Source: Sphyrna mokarran
Lineage: Eukaryota
Length of the DNA: 64,000 nucleotides
Assembly: GCA_024679065.1 (NCBI GenBank)
Contig: JAGIQG010000009.1
Span: 81,530,001 to 81,594,000 of the forward strand
Reading direction: 5' to 3'
In this document: positions 61,801 through 64,000 of the stretch, piece after piece
How the letters are laid out: each line of letters begins with the position of its first letter
How positions within the stretch are numbered: the stretch's first letter is position 1
Translations under genes and position numbers: made by a program
The notes under the pieces: generated by a model
Seen by the model: only the letters and a program-made list of their open reading frames with translations
What the model was told of the DNA's origin: nothing
Database searches by the model: none

Positions 61801-64000
61801 TGAAAAATTCACTGAGTGACATTTTGAGTCCCCAATCTAAATTTTTCCTTCTCACTCACTACACCTGACACCAGGAAATGGTCAATACCGTTTTACTGTA
61901 CCAGTTCGAGCAGCTGGATGTTTGTTACTGAGACGGGAGAAAATGGTGAACCGTGTTCACTACCTCCAATCTCCCAGCACAGAAGGCACAGTGGAATACA
62001 GTCAGGAGGGAGTTATCCTGGGAATCCTCAACAACATTCCCGACTCCATGCTGTCACTGGGTACCATGTCAAACACACACAAGGAAACCTCCTCTGGTTA
62101 CCACATACCGTCCCCCTCAGCTGATGAACCAGTTCTCCTCCATGTTGAACACCACTTGGAGGAAGCACTGAGGGTGGGAAGGACACAGAATGTACTCTGG
62201 GTGGGGAATTCAATGTCCATCACCAAGAGTTACTTGTTGAAACAATGGGAGTAGTGAGACCGTGTGAGAGGGGAAGGTCAAGGGGGAGGCGGTGAATATG
62301 GGATGGAGAATTGTGATTGTGATGGTTTAATCCCAGCAACTTTCAGATTCTTTTCTATTTTCAATCTTGTCACTCAAGGGATTCCAGATCTAACCGATCA
62401 TTTTCAAATAATTGATCACTGGATTTGAATCCAATCTTCTGCTGATGTATCATTGATGATGATGTGGAGATGTCGGCGTTGGACTCGGGTAAACACAGTA
62501 AGAAGTCTCACACCACCCGGTTAAAGTCCAACAGGTTTATTTAGTAGCACAAACCACTCACTTTTGGAGCACTGACCCTTCATCAGGTGAGTGGGAATTC
62601 TGTTCACAAACAGGGCATTTAAACACAAAATTGTAAATTATGTTTATATCTTTATATGCCCTGTTTGTGAACAGAATTCCCACTCACCTGATGAAGGGTC
62701 AGTGCTCCGAAAGCGAGTGGTTTGTGCTACTAAATAAACCTGTTGGACTTTAACCTGGTGTCAGACTGCTTACTGTGTCATTGATTGACAGTCCAAGCAA
62801 CCAATCAGGACAATCACTTGGCGAAATGCAGCCAATCAGCTGATGGGGAGGTGGGACATTTCCAAAGCACTCACCAGACATATACTGAATATTCTTAATG
62901 TTTATTACCTTTTACACATTGACAGTGACAGAAAAAAGACTTGAATAAACAGCCCAGCCAGAGGAAGCTGGAGAAATTCACAGGGAGAATGGAGGTTTAT
63001 TAAAACACTTGTGGAGATTTTCTCAATAACATGAGAATCCTGTCCCTTTAAACAGTGACTAAATCTTCAATTGTAACTGCAAGGTGAGCAGGAAGGAGGT
63101 CTGGTTTACTAAAGCAGAAACTTCAGAGGGTCACATTCTTTCTGAACAGCTGACAGTCTTCACCACTCCCAATAAATGAACAGCACGGGGTTAATAGAGA
63201 GGAAAGTTCCCTCTACAATATCCCAACAATGTTCTTTAACTCCTGACCCTCAGAAGTGTCTCAGACCCAGTCCCAGGAAGGAAGAGAATTGTAATTCAAT
63301 GCTGACGGTGACCTTTACCCTTCCAGCTCACCCCTGTTCTATTCCAAGTTGTGTCTCCTCTGTGGACTGTCTCTAACACTCTAGGCACATTCTGAACTCC
63401 TGACACTCTTGCTGAGGGGAGAGGAGAGGCTCACGTGGGTGAGGGCACAGGAGAAGCGAGCATTGGACTCCCAGTCGGAGCCAGAGAGGGTCAGCAGGCT
63501 GCTGACGCTGTAGGTGTTGTCCGAAGCTCGCAGGTAGTTGCTGGTCTGAATCCCGTTGGAAATGGCTGCACCGTCCTTCTTCCACTTCACCTCCACCTCA
63601 TCGGGATAGAAGTGATCGGCAAGGCACACCAGGGTGGCAGTGCCCTTGGTCTTGGCCTCCTCCGGGGAGGGGGGCAGCAGGGTCAGCGTGGGTTGTGAAT
63701 TCTCACGGGCTGAAAGAGAAGAGAAGGAATTTTAATCACTGCCATTTTCAGCCTTTCAACATCCCGAATATTAACTGGGATCAAATCAGTGTCAATGATT
63801 TGATGTTGCAGAATTCTGAAAATCCATTCCAGGGGAACGTTTTTAACCAGTACGGAGCAATCCCAACAAGAGAAGGGTCAATTTTAGCAGTTTTAGAGAA
63901 TGAAACACAGCATGTGGAAGGTGTATCAGTGAGAGAGCATTTGGGTAATAATGATCATAATAGATTTAGAGTAGCTCCGGAAAAGGGGAAAGATCGATCA
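58848..64000. repeat. Apparently identical copy of 1910-7062 (offset 56938)
   Basis: Both copies begin TCAATAAGAGTTTCC immediately after a gap; all ORF translations are identical. Confidence 0.95.
63381..63709 (-). CDS. IGKC: Ig kappa constant exon identical to cluster 1 C (possibly a duplicate assembly)
   Basis: Same sequence as 6443-6771. Confidence 0.9.

Overview
Vertebrate (cartilaginous fish, shark-type) genomic DNA carrying a tandem array of immunoglobulin kappa (type III / NS4-like) light-chain mini-clusters on the minus strand. Two complete, unrearranged L-V-[12RSS]..[23RSS]-J-C clusters are present: cluster 1 at C 6443-6771, J 17119-17153, V 18153-18450, L 18637-18685, and cluster 2 at C 34325-34653, J 45517-45551, V 46626-46923, L 47106-47154. 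The repeat period is about 28 kb. The 3' flank of a third unit (54790-58747) is cut by an assembly gap. After that gap, 58848-64000 appears to be an identical copy of 1910-7062 including a C exon, probably an assembly artefact. The remainder is CR1-type LINEs (several cluster-specific), tRNA-derived SINEs, Penelope-like termini with hammerhead motifs, a decayed Ty3/Gypsy element and minisatellites. I found no convincing wholly new biological system. The most notable observations are: a germline-programmed Cys pair in the cluster 1 CDR3; non-canonical J motifs (FSKG/FAKG); divergence concentrated at the coding ends next to identical RSSs; a 61-bp V-J minisatellite that forms arrays of cryptic 23-RSS-like sites; an Ets-IRF-bearing module present both 3' and (inverted) 5' of each gene; and an intact-looking minimal hammerhead ribozyme.
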